DNA of 63,999 nucleotides, the filler included, from Octopus bimaculoides (Eukaryota), in NCBI RefSeq assembly GCF_001194135.2. It is 6 parts of 6 records of this genome, joined end to end, with 100 filler letters (N's around TTAATTAATTAA, not from the genome) between each part and the next. Parts side by side here need not be neighbours in the genome. Positions count along the whole stretch, not along the records: positions 24,630 to 30,670 come from NC_068983.1; positions 30,771 to 43,283 come from NC_068988.1; 4 more parts are not named here. One strand, given 5' to 3'. How positions within the stretch are numbered: position 1 is the first letter of the stretch; each line of letters opens with the position of its first letter. This document shows positions 25,401 through 38,330 of the stretch, in pieces. The notes under the pieces were generated by a model. It searched no databases. It had not been told where the DNA came from and saw only the letters and a program-made list of their open reading frames with translations. Both the position numbers and the translations under genes were made by a program.

Positions 25401-26117
25401 ACATGTAGACGCCTATTGAGGCGGAAACGCATGCCCACGACTGTCCTCTTATCTCCAGAGAATAAGCCTCTCATCCTCTTTCATAGCATGTCAACTTCAA
25501 ATAATTCTCGATATTTGAGACTATCTACTCTTATCATTGGAACTGGTTTCAGTTGCCATTTCGTTGTTGTGACACGTCATCTAGAGGTGGAGATATTTTC
25601 AATAAATCACGAACTTATGTTGTGTTATGTTTAATATATCTGTATTATCTATGCTATTTAAATACATGCTACTTGTCACTGTGAGTTATGTCTTTTAGTT
25701 CTATTTCGTCTAAAATATACTCGCAACTTAGACCCTGAATGTATTCTACTCCTCTTTTTCATATGTCTAGTTTCCTTGGCTACTGGAGATAGGAGTGAGA
25801 GTAATTTTCGTGCTGGTGACACCTACTGAGGCAGAAACACATGTACATTATTACCTCTTTATCTTCAGACTGTAAGCATGTCCTTTTTTCCTTTGGAGAA
25901 TACTTGATTCTTGATATTACTTCCCCTTCTAACAGGGAGCTTGTTGGTTTTAACTGCCAATGGTAATTGTGGCAAATCCTCTAGAGCCGGAGATAATTTT
26001 ATTAAATCAAGAATTTATGTTCTATGATATTTGATATACCTGTATTTTTCTATAATGTTCATATACATGCCATTGGCCACTCTGAATTATTTCTCTTTCC
26101 TCATTTTTGTTTAAATT

Positions 26118-26238
<121 letters not shown>

Positions 26239-27339
26239 TAGGCACTTACACACTCACTTAAACACACTCACGCACTTACACACATGTACTACACACTTAC
26301 ACACACAAACACGCATATTTCAGTTGTGTAAATTTTACCCAAGTTGACCATCACGGCAACTAACCAATACTTAAACAAGATTGCAAATCAACACTTCAAC
26401 ACTTTAGTATTAAAATTTCTCTTTCCTGACAGTATGGTGATATATCAGCGCTGCAATAAACCGCTGCTTCAATACCCAACAAACGGAGATTTTATTCAGT
26501 TAGTTTTTCTTTTTTTTTCCTTTATTTTTATTATTTTACTTTCGTCCTTTGCTTTATTCTTTTACATGTTTGTTGTTTATTCACTCAAGTTGGGCTATTG
26601 TCATGTCCACATTTTTTTCCTCTGGAATTGTTGAAACATGAAAGTAATATTGTTTCCCAAAGCAATCGTTTCGTCTGTTTGATTTGCATCATTATTATTG
26701 TTGTTGCTATTTTCTTTATTTTTATTACATTTTCATAACATGGGTGTATAGGAAAATCGCTATAACGACAAAGAACCTTGGTCCAGTTAGTTACACTCCT
26801 TTCTTTATCTTTACGTCCAGAGTTCAAATCCTGCCAATGTTAACTTTGCCTTTCGCCACCTCCTTATTGTATCGATACTAGTTAAGTATCTGGATTGATC
26901 TAATTATTTATATATTCTCAAAATGTGTGACTTTACGTTTATGTTATACATAATTATCATTCTTATAAAAAGTCATGAAAGGCAAAATCTGTTAAGTCGC
27001 AGTGAAAATAATACTTTGTGGTATTTTTTAAAAATCCTACCTGTTCCTGAAATAAAATCTTGACTGTGTTGACTGTGGGTTTTCTTATTTTGGAGGTCTA
27101 TATAATACATACCAGTCACGTACTCTGATCAATATAATCGATTCCATCCTCCCTCAAAAATTACGGTTCTGGTCTTATGGCGGAAATCATCATAACATGT
27201 GTTGGAATTATCTAAAAAGCTGTTGAATAGCAAAGTAAACAAAGCGACAAACGAAATATCTGCAATATTTATTTATTCCTCTTATTGTATAGACCTCAAA
27301 TCCTGCTGAGGTCAAATTTTCCGATTCATTCTTACGATG

Positions 27340-27950
27340 TATCAACTTGGGGCATTCCGTCACAATGTGCGCCACCGTCTCGTTCCCAGTTCCACAGGGT
27401 CTACATTTTTCTGACACATTTTCTCCATATATATTTTTTCTCGTGTTATTTGTTTTTATCGCTTGATCTTAGGCTGCTACAATTAGGCTCACTGTTTCTT
27501 TTAATAGCCCTTTTTTTTTTAAACCAAGCCCAGGATTTTGTTCCACATACGTCTTCAGCGTCACTCCAAAATGCAGGTTGCTCTTCGATCTGTCTGACGT
27601 GCTCTCTTTGTCTATTACGTACTTCATTACCTGTTCTTTATTAATTGTCTTTAGTAGTTTTTCTGTACTGCTCTGTAAATACTCTACTGGGCTTTTTCTT
27701 TCCGCCTGTACACATTCTTCTACTGCTATCAAGCCTCTTCGACTCTGGCCTCTTCTCAAGTACAGCCGGTTGATATCAGCTTTCGGATGGTGGGCCCCAT
27801 ATATTGTCAACGACTTTCTAGTTTTTCTGACAAGTTTCTTTATATTGTTTTTGGTCCAGTCTATAATTCCAACTCCGAATGTGATTATGGGTACTACTCT
27901 TGACTATATTGCTTCAATAAGAATTTTGGAATTCAGCTTTGACTTTTAAT
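27340..27950 (-). mobile_element. Dong/R4-clade LINE fragment, frameshifted
   Basis: HHPKADINRLYLRRGQSRRGL, ETVSLIVAA and CRPC..NETVAHIVTEC. Confidence 0.8.
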
Positions 27951-27967
27951 TACTGATAGAAAAATTA

Positions 27968-28033
<66 letters not shown>

Positions 28034-28716
28034 CTAATGTTCACTTTGTTGAATTTTTGAATTTCTGAATTTTTCCCCCCTTTGAAATTTTTCTTTTGTT
28101 TTTATAAGTTTTGCTGTGGTTTACAGTTTATGTAATTGTGCAGTTTGTATATATTGGCAGGTGCTTACATTCTTATTTTTTTGCTTGTTTTTCTTTTTTA
28201 TCGTGCTATTAATTGATACAATAAAAGGCATNNNNNNNNNNNNNNNNNNNNNNNNNNNNNNNNNNNNNNNNNNNNNNNNNNNNNNNNNNNNNNNNNNNNN
28301 NNNNNNNNNNNNNNNNNNNNNNNNNNNNNNNNNNNNNNNNNNNNNNNNNNNNNNNNNNNNNNNNNNNNNNNNNNNNNNNNNNNNNNNNNNNNNNNNNNNN
28401 NNNNNNNNNNNNNNNNNNNNNNNNNNNNNNNNNNNNNNNNNNNNNNNNNNNNNNNNNNNNNNNNNNNNNNNNNNNNNNNNNNNNNNNNNNNNNNNNNNNN
28501 NNNNNNNNNNNNNNNNNNNNNNNNNNNNNNNNNNNNNNNNNNNNNNNNNNNNNNNNNNNNNNNNNNNNNNNNNNNNNNNNNNNNNNNNNNNNNNNNNNNN
28601 NNNNNNNNNNNNNNNNNNNNNNNNNNNNNNNNNNNNNNNNNNNNNNNNNNNNNNNNNNNNNNNNNNNNNNNNNNNNNNNNNNNNNNNNNNNNNNNNNNNN
28701 NNNNNNNNNNNNNNNN

Positions 28717-28848
<132 letters not shown>

Positions 28849-29889
28849 GCTTAGCGGCATTTCGTCCGTCTTTACGTTCAGAGTTCAATTTCCGCTGCTG
28901 CCGATTTTGCCTTTCATCCCTTGGGGGTCGAGAAATTAAGTACCAGTCGAGCACTGGGATCGATGTAATCGACTAGTCTCCTCCCGCCAAATTTTAGGAC
29001 TTGTGCTTATAGTAGATAGGATTATCATCATCATCATCATTATCATTATTATTTTTATTATTATTCAGTAGTTTTATTTTTATAGCGTGCTTTCACTTCA
29101 CCACCAAGCGTAGCCCTGTGTGCCTTGGGTATGTGCTGTGGTTTGCTGTGATGCTCTTATGGTTACTATATTGAAAGTGTTTTGCGTAGGATGTGTGCAG
29201 TGCCCAGTAGTGCAATTTTCTGTGTGTTATATATATTTGTAAGTCCTGGTGTTTTTGTTATGTATTTGTCTGAATATTTTTTTTATCATACCTAATGCGC
29301 CTACTATGATAGGAATTGTTTCTGTTTTTAGACTCNNNNNNNNNNNNNNNNNNNNNNNNNNNNNNNNNNNNNNNNNNNNNNNNNNNNNNNNNNNNNNNNN
29401 NNNNNNNNNNNNNNNNNNNNNNNNNNNNNNNNNNNNNNNNNNNNNNNNNNNNNNNNNNNNNNNNNNNNNNNNNNNNNNNNNNNNNNNNNNNNNNNNNNNN
29501 NNNNNNNNNNNNNNNNNNNNNNNNNNNNNNNNNNNNNNNNNNNNNNNNNNNNNNNNNNNNNNNNNNNNNNNNNNNNNNNNNNNNNNNNNNNNNNNNNNNN
29601 NNNNNNNNNNNNNNNNNNNNNNNNNNNNNNNNNNNNNNNNNNNNNNNNNNNNNNNNNNNNNNNNNNNNNNNNNNNNNNNNNNNNNNNNNNNNNNNNNNNN
29701 NNNNNNNNNNNNNNNNNNNNNNNNNNNNNNNNNNNNNNNNNNNNNNNNNNNNNNNNNNNNNNNNNNNNNNNNNNNNNNNNNNNNNNNNNNNNNNNNNNNN
29801 NNNNNNNNNNNNNNNNNNNNNNNTCTTCTTCTTCTTCTTCTTCTTCTTCTTCTTCTTCTTCTTCTTCTTCTTCTTCTTCTTCTTCATAT

Positions 29890-30400
29890 TTGTTAGGTAT
29901 GATTTCTTGTTTGTATTTGTCAGTTTCCTTAAATACTGAAAGCAGTTTTTTGCTTTGCTCGTGTTTTGTGGCTATTTGTATTAGTTTTCCTTGCTTCTGA
30001 AGTAGGTATTTTTGCAGTCCTATGGTGGTTATTTTATAATAGTTTCCCAGCTGTATAAGGCCTCTACCACGTTCTATACGTTGTATATATAGCCTTTCTA
30101 TGTCAGATTTTGGGTGGTGCATACTAGATCCTGTCATTATTTTTCTTGTTTTCCTGTCTATTTTGGTTAGTTCATTTACTGTCCAGTTAAGGATATTGTA
30201 GCTGTAACTTATAATTGGGACCGCTAAAGTGTTAAAACCTAAAATCTTGTTTTTAACATTGAGCGCTGTCTTCAGTATTGATCTAACTCGTCTATAGTAG
30301 TCTTTCTTTATTTTCTCTTTCATTTGTGTGCATTGTATCTTATCTAGTGCATTGATTCCTAAATATTTGCATGTCTGGCTTTGGTCTATGGAATCATATG
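29890..30400 (-). mobile_element. Dong/R4-clade LINE fragment
   Basis: NTLAVPIISYS..IDRKTRKIMT..HHPKSDIERLYIQRIERGRGL. Confidence 0.8.
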
Positions 30401-30770
30401 TGGGATCATTTGCGCACCGCAGTCTCTGCTAGGAAGTATGGAAGTGTTAATCCTTTCCTTAAGACTCTTACAGATTTACATAATACTCGCATAAATTAAC
30501 AAATTAAAGGTATATACATATACATATAATGGTAGTTTATATCAGTCATCGAAATAGCAAAACAGAAATCCTCGATACATTTAAGGTTGTTACAATTTTA
30601 CTATAATGTAAAATTTCAGTTTTCTTGCAGACACGCTTGCGCGCGCACACAGCCTGGTATCTAAATATATNNNNNNNNNNNNNNNNNNNNNNNNNNNNNN
30701 NNNNNNNNNNNNNNTTAATTAATTAANNNNNNNNNNNNNNNNNNNNNNNNNNNNNNNNNNNNNNNNNNNN

Positions 30771-31052
30771 AATATCACCCAGGCACTCCTCGATTTCCTC
30801 TTCCGTCACCATTTCAATTTTACAGGTTTCGACAGCCTGTGTACGATACACAACTGTCCTCAGAATTTTGTCTTCTTTAGACTCTTTTGGGAGGCACAAT
30901 TTGTATGAGTCTCCCTCAACTTCTATCAAATTCCTGCTTCTGGTCACCTCCTCCATATCCAACTTGATTAACTTGGTTTCCAGCGGCACTGGCTTCCTCG
31001 CTGCAGTAGTCTTGGCGTAGCTCTCCATACTGGAGACACTACTACTTGCCAT
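30771..31052 (-). mobile_element. Possible L1/Tx1-type ORF1 N-terminus
   Basis: ORF MASSSVSSMESYAKTTAARK.. has coding-like composition and an SYA..A start typical of retroelement ORF1; cut by scaffold join. Confidence 0.35.
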
Positions 31053-31799
31053 GATGTCTAAAGGTGGTTCATTTGCATTACCTCTCTCATAAATATCTCA
31101 GAATGCCCAAGCAAATCTTGGTATTGATTGTTTGGCTATGTAAGATAAAATTACCTTGAACGGTGCTGTTTTAATCAAAACTGGTGATCAACGTCACCAT
31201 TATATTTGAACAATTCTCATGTGATTTATCGCAACGGCTGATTTTTTTTTCTACAGCATATTGCACACATGCGTTTCCACTTGGTACGATCCTTTTTTTA
31301 TGGGAATTTGAACGCTTAAGCAACTCCTGACTGATCGTGATATGTTTTTATTAAATTTGTCAGAAGGCTCCCTGCACATTGCATACTTATTTTACCAATT
31401 GAAATCATGTGACAAAGCCTCATTGATAATTATAAAGTATATACATTTGTCTTTGATTTATTTCAGCAATCACATGTAGAATACTTCCTTCAGGTTTGAG
31501 CTGAAAGAGCTGGAACCTGTTGCAATTTAATTTAGCGTAAGCATATAACTTAATGGAATTCCTGTTGTTCAGATGCCGATTCAATGATATTTCAACACGT
31601 GTTCATGTGTAAAACCAATAATGTATCAAATATTCACCTACACATGGCAACACATAAAAAACCGAAATGTGGACTTCGAGACTGGTGTCAGCGAATGTTA
31701 TACATCTTAGAAGATTAATGTACAATCAACAAAATTATGGTATGATTGCACCTGTAACTTTTGAGTGGTATATAATTAAGTACTACACTTAAACGAGTA

Positions 31800-32030
31800 G
31801 CAGCACAGAGGGATGTGTAGCAAAACTGCATCCTGGTCACTGCAAGCAACTTTGAGGAGGCCAGAGCAACAGTTGCAGATGAGAAACACCCATGAAGGAA
31901 AGAGTACTCTGACCAAAGCCTGCATATTTGCCGCCAAGTGTACTAGTGCCAGTTGTTCAAGAATTAGTTTACATAACCACCTTGCCGCTCCTCCTCGTGT
32001 TCTTCGGACATGAGGACCTGCGATCACGTT
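31800..32030 (+). mobile_element. Highly decayed RTE LINE 3' end
   Basis: ATVADEK..RKE and CSRISLHNH parallel the 23716-24103 copy. Confidence 0.5.
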
Positions 32031-32376
32031 AATAGCTTAAGTGGCATACGGCCAACTATAATACTACTGGCACGTACTACACTCCATTGGTTGGACTGAC
32101 GTGCATGTAAGTACAGGACAAGTAAGCAGGGTGGCATACAGGTAAGTATAACACACCAATGAGTGAGTTTGCTCGTTATGGTTGCAAATGGAACGCTTTT
32201 GATTTTAGATCTCGCGAATCAGGCCTGGCCTGGGGCTAAACAACTACAGCCATATAAGACCAAAGTACGACCCAGAATATTAATTCAGCAAATTAAATTT
32301 TCTATTCCACAGAAATTAATCGATTGCGATCCAAATACCATGAAACTAATACCATATCTATTTCAATAATACTTAC

Positions 32377-32522
32377 AAGGTTATTTGGTGTCTCTTGTAT
32401 TCTGCATCATATGAAACGACTGCTGTTTTGTCCGGATACTTTTCAGCCCAAATACGCAATCTTTCAGGAATCGTGTCATACGAATTTTTCGCAACCTCTA
32501 CTGTGTGGATGTAACTAGCCAT
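32377..32522 (-). CDS. First coding exon of an acyl-CoA synthetase (ACSF2-like AMP-binding family)
   Basis: MASYIHTVEVAKNSYDTIPERLRIWAEKYPDKTAVVSYDAEYKRHQIT-F matches the SY.H..TI..L..AEKYPD..AVV..R..T(F/Y) N-terminus; acceptor TTTTAG at 32549-32550, donor TT|GTAAGT at 32376. Confidence 0.72.
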
Positions 32523-35500
32523 TTTCACAAGTTGTAATGTTCGCGTTTCTAAAATCATACAAAGGCAGAAAATTATAAGTATAATCCATTTCATGATTGA
32601 AATTATTATCTTGATTTAAAACAAAAATACACAGATACATATTATTCTCCACTCATAAAGTTACTGCTTAGTACAAAACGAACGGTTTAAAAGCATTAGT
32701 TTAATTACATACTATATATATATATATAAATCAAAGGTAAACAGAAAGATCACAACAAACGAAAACCATCAAAACACATGTGGAAAAAAGGACGATAGCA
32801 CGACAACGGCAAACCGGATAAAACAAGATACACGGATCATTCGCAGCCAATTGCCTCTTCAGTCAGAGTTCGGAAAGTCTTCGTAGTTTCGCCCACTTAT
32901 CTGCGATACTACTCGAAACCGGCTGAGCCTGGGACTTAAGCTAAAAGCGTTAAGCCTCTGGAAAAGGCAAACGAATGTACATAAACGAAAACAAATAAGT
33001 AAACAACAGAAAGGGCCTTTCGACTACTGGACGAACGTAACATATGAAATAGAATTATACATATACAATGGACAAACGCTTTTCAGCTATACAACAAAGG
33101 GAGAATAATTATACAATTACAACAAAAATAAAACAAAACAGAGTCTTTCGGCTATCAGACGAGTGTAGTAAGCTAGCGCATAAAAAATGAAATGGAAAAG
33201 CTTTAACAGACCGGGCGGCAGGACAGAACAGACGCGATCAGCCTCAAAAGTGGCCGGCCGGAAACGGATGACAATGCCTGAACCGGACAGCGCTAATGTG
33301 GTAAGGGAGGGGAGGAGTTGAAGAGGGCAGAGGAACTAAAGAATAGGAGAAAGGGGAAAGAAATCAAAGGGACCAAGGAATGAGAAGGAGGGAGAAAGAG
33401 AAAAAAGTAAAAGGGAGGTAAGTGAGGAAGTAAAACAAAAGAGATTGCAGAATAAGAGGGAGGGGGAAAGGATTAAGGAATACGAAAGGGAGACACGAGA
33501 TCAGATGGACAGATGAACGAAGAGAGACAGACAGAGAAAAAAAAGAGAGACCGAGAGAGAGAGGAGGGTGGAAAAGGGGAAAAGAGGGTGAGAGTCGTAC
33601 GTAGCGCTGCATAGATAAATCAAAGGTAGAACAGAAAGAACACAGCAAACAGAAACCGTCAAAACAACATGCGGGAAAAAAGGGTGATAGCACGACAACG
33701 GTAAACAGGTATGTATGTAGCGTATTTGTCTATATACATTTTTGTGAGTAACGCAAGTATTCGAAATAGGATGAGACAAAANNNNNNNNNNNNNNNNNNN
33801 NNNNNNNNNNNNNNNNNNNNNNNNNNNNNNNNNNNNNNNNNNNNNNNNNNNNNNNNNNNNNNNNNNNNNNNNNNNNNNNNNNNNNNNNNNNNNNNNNNNN
33901 NNNNNNNNNNNNNNNNNNNNNNNNNNNNNNNNNNNNNNNNNNNNNNNNNNNNNNNNNNNNNNNNNNNNNNNNNNNNNNNNNNNNNNNNNNNNNNNNNNNN
34001 NNNNNNNNNNNNNNNNNNNNNNNNNNNNNNNNNNNNNNNNNNNNNNNNNNNNNNNNNNNNNNNNNNNNNNNNNNNNNNNNNNNNNNNNNNNNNNNNNNNN
34101 NNNNNNNNNNNNNNNNNNNNNNNNNNNNNNNNNNNNNNNNNNNNNNNNNNNNNNNNNNNNNNNNNNNNNNNNNNNNNNNNNNNNNNNNNNNNNNNNNNNN
34201 NNNNNNNNNNNNNNNNNNNNNNNNNNNNNNNNNNNNNNNNNNNNNNNNNNNNNNNNNNNNNNNNNNNNNNNNNNNNNNNNNNNNNNNNNNNNNNNNNNNN
34301 NNNNNNNNNNNNNNNNNNNNNNNNNNNNNNNNNNNNNNNNNNNNNNNNNNNNNNNNNNNNNNNNNNNNNNNNNNNNNNNNNNNNNNNNNNNNNNNNNNNN
34401 NNNNNNNNNNNNNNNNNNNNNNNNNNNNNNNNNNNNNNNNNNNNNNNNNNNNNNNNNNNNNNNNNNNNNNNNNNNNNNNNNNNNNNNNNNNNNNNNNNNN
34501 NNNNNNNNNNNNNNNNNNNNNNNNNNNNNNNNNNNNNNNNNNNNNNNNNNNNNNNNNNNNNNNNNNNNNNNNNNNNNNNNNNNNNNNNNNNNNNNNNNNN
34601 NNNNNNNNNNNNNNNNNNNNNNNNNNNNNNNNNNNNNNNNNNNNNNNNNNNNNNNNNNNNNNNNNNNNNNNNNNNNNNNNNNNNNNNNNNNNNNNNNNNN
34701 NNNNNNNNNTGTGTGTGTGTGTGTAAGAACGACCGTGCGAACTCAAAAAGGAGAAATGGTGACGAATGGAAAAACAGGACTCCTTTTATTTAAACGAGTC
34801 ACACGGTCGAACACAAAATATATATCAAAGATGATATACATATATGTTATACTACGATAACATAAATAGCCAGTAAAGGAAGACGATGGAAGACAACCGT
34901 ATGAGATGAATAACACAATTATTTATTGTGACATTAATATGTATGTCTGTGTGTGAGTGTGAATGCGACATATAAAAACATAATAAAAGACAGGCAGTCG
35001 TATACAGAAAAGAGTGTGTGTGAGTGATACATGTATGTGTATGTGAGATACAGCAGATAAAAAGAGTCAGTAGCACGTGTGAGCATTTATACCAGTTCTT
35101 AGAGTACACAATAGGAAGAGTCTGTATGTGAAAGAAGTTGAGGCGTATGAGTGGCAGAGCGATCACTAGTTGTGATGTTGTGGCTTCCATGCCGGGCCGG
35201 GTTCTTGTTATACAGATGTTCGTCGCAGGCTGGATTCTCTTGTCTATTATTAATCGTGGTGAAGCTGAAACACCTAACAAAATCGAAGAGAGAAAATGTG
35301 CCGCGGTTACTGTTTGGTTATTGGTGTACATAGAAAGTCGTGTTGACTATGGTTGGCGATGATGCTGGTTAGTAGTCGTAGACTCGTGTTGCTGATGGCG
35401 ACGTCGGTGGTAGTCGTAGCTGGAGATGCTGTTGCTGTAGTCGCTGGAATTGCTGCTGCTGCTGCTGTGTGGTACACGGAACAGTCTCTAAGCGATCTGA

Positions 35501-36640
35501 ACCGAGACGAATTTGCCGGGTATAATTTGGTCTATTTAAAGCAAAATAGGGGNNNNNNNNNNATATATATATATATATATATATATATTAAGAAAAAAGA
35601 AAATGCACTGAAACGTTTACGTTGAAAAAATATTTTTATCAAGTAAGATATCTACAAGGTCGACTGGTTTCGCCTCTTTCGCTAATCATGACTCAACATT
35701 TAGTAATGATGTTAAAATCCATTGCTAGCATAATGAGTTGGAGCCATTAGACGTTGGTGAGAAATCAGATCTTTTGTAAATAATTAGATAAATAAATTTA
35801 GGAGTGATAATAATTATTATTATTATTATTAGAATCAGGAAGACGGTGAACTAGCAGAAACCTTAACACACAGGGCAAAATGCTTAGCGGTGTTTCGACT
35901 GTGTTTACGTTCTGAGTTCAAATTCAGCCGAGGTCCACTTTGCCTTTCATCCTTTCGGGGTCGATAAATTAAGTATCAATAAAACACTGGGGTCGATGAA
36001 ATCCTATGGTAGAAAGGATTATTAGTAGAATCAGGAAAGGTTATATAAATATATATATATATATATATACACATATATAAATTATATATATACTCACACA
36101 CACAAGTATATATGTATTTGAAAAGATTTGTAAATGTACCTCGCGAGTAAGTAGATATTAAAGATAAACAAAAATGAAAATGCCACTTTTAAAAAAAATG
36201 GGTGTTTTAATTAATTTACATTACATGTTTCGGTTTTTTTAAAAAAACCTTATCAAAACTGAGTATAAAATATGTGAGAAGAGGGCTATTAATAAAATAA
36301 AATTTAAATTAAAATCAAGAATAACATTCATAGTTTACTGTTATTTCTTGAATGCGCACGTGGTCCATTCGTTCTGGAGGCATGGTAAGTTCAACTCGCT
36401 GCGATAGTAAATAACTATTATCTGTTTTTGTAAATTAAATAGTGGTCAAGTTCTGTTTTCTAAGAGTGACTGTAGCCGTCGAATAACCAGCAGCAGTAAT
36501 AAAAATAATAGTAGTAGTAGTAGTAGTAGTCGTGGTGAAGTTGTTCCCCCTGTGGTTTTAATAGAAATCGGGTTCTTCGATCTCCTTTGTTTATTTCTTA
36601 TGAATAACTTGCAAATCCATATATGAAAGTCTCAGTGTTG

Positions 36641-36925
36641 CTAGTTTAGAGAATTTAGACTTGGTCGGTATTTTCTTATGAAGTGTATTTCCTTGCTAAT
36701 GCGCTCATTTTGGCTAGCATTGTCTTTGAATTTGTATAGTGGAAACGTTGTGAATTTGGGAAATTTGTTGTAAGCACAATCGTCGATGTGTTGACTGAGA
36801 GGTATTTTCCTGTTTTCCGGGATCCTAATTTGGGATTTGTGTACCGCTATCCTCTGACGTACGCTGGTCTTTGTGTGTCCAATATATTGCCGTTTGCATC
36901 CAGAGCATGTAATTAGGTAGATCAA
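36641..36925 (-). pseudogene. Penelope GIY-YIG endonuclease domain
   Basis: IYLITCSGCKRQYIGHT..RQRIAVHKSQI..E..FI..YRPSLN. Confidence 0.9.
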
Positions 36926-36973
36926 GTTCTCCGATGCACATGTAAAATGATTTTTTTTTTTTTTTTTGTGAAA

Positions 36974-38330
36974 TTATGACCTTTTTCTAATCGGTGTTCC
37001 GATCCTTCTATTACGTTGACATAAATCCCACAGTTGGGTCTCCTGCATTTTTTTTACTGCTGGCTTAGTAGTTATTGTTGAGTGTAACTTGGCCTGGGTT
37101 AAAATCCTTTTCATTGATTTTGGTTGCCTCTTACTTTTGATGATTGTATGTGCTTTGAGGATTTGGTTCATCTTTGGGTCTTTTTTGAGCAGAGCTGTGC
37201 TGTGGAGTATGTTGTTGAAGGCCTCATTGTTATGTGGGTTGTGTGTGGAGATGTAAGGCAGGGTTTTTAATTTTTCTTCCTTCTTGGGTCTTGGTTGTCT
37301 AAGTTCTTGTGTATTTAATTGAAGTACCCTTTGGATCGTATTTTCGATTAAGGGCTGTGGATAGTTTTTATTTATGAGTGTAGATTTCAATTCCTGGAGT
37401 CGTGTATAACGGGTGTCTGCATCTGATACTATAGTGCATATTCTTTTGGCTAAACAAAATGGAATATTAGTCCTGGTGTGTCTCGGGTGGCAAGAATCAA
37501 ATGGTAGGTACTGTTTCGAGTCAGTGGGTTTATAATAGATAACTGTCTCTATCTTGTTCCCGACTTTCTTTATGAGGATATCTAAAAACGGTAATTGTTG
37601 ATTGTTGTATTTTCTCGTAAATTGGAGGTTTTCATTTATTCCATTTAGAAGTGTTTGGAATTCGTTGAGTTTTTCTATACTTTCATTCCAGAGGATGAAG
37701 CAGTCATCGAGATATCTTTTCCAGTTGTTTTGTATGTAGGTGGAAAAGGAGTTTCCATATTTCTCGAGTGTTCTCTGGTATAGTTTAATCTCGAGATAGC
37801 TCATTACCAGGTTCGCAAAAGCAGGCGCAGTCCGTGTTCCCATTGCAGTCTCCGATTTTTGTCGGAAGTAGTCATTGTTAAATATAAAATAATTATTTTC
37901 TAGGATAAATCTTAGTCCTTCTATTATGAGTTCTTTTTTAATACGAGAGGGGAGTTCATAGGTGTAATTGTTTAACCAGAATGTGATGGCTTCTATTCCT
38001 AGAGTGTATGGGTTAACTACGTCGAAGGATACTAGTAGTGTTTTCTCATTGACCGTTTTTGGGAGGTAGTTTAGCATGTCCAGGTCATCCCTTATAAAGC
38101 TCTTCATGTGTTTTAGGAAGGGTTTCAGTAGAGTGTCCAAGAAGTTGCTGAGGCGGTGGGTTTCAAATGCTGGACCTGCTATTATTGGTCTTAGTTTCGG
38201 GTCATCAGGTGAGGGGACCTTAATAATTATGTCTGTAGCTCCTTTGCATGCAACGCTTATTATTCTGCTTTTGTGGATTTTGGGGATACTGTAGAATAAA
38301 CTTGATTTACTCTTGAAATTGGTAATGTAG
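36974..38330 (-). pseudogene. Penelope reverse transcriptase domain
   Basis: LLVSFDVVNPYT, MGT..APAFANL, WKRYLDDCFILW, LPFLDI, YYKPTD, PF.SCHP; frameshifts at both ends. Confidence 0.92.

Noticed and set aside
33711-34793. Long ORFs spanning N runs (also near 19, 21, 28, 29.5, 40.4 and 55.3 kb)
   Set aside because: Length comes from untranslatable gap characters.
35655-35700. Hammerhead-like GC..GCGAAAC motif on the minus strand
   Set aside because: Core reads CATGATTA rather than CTGANGA and stems I/III do not pair.
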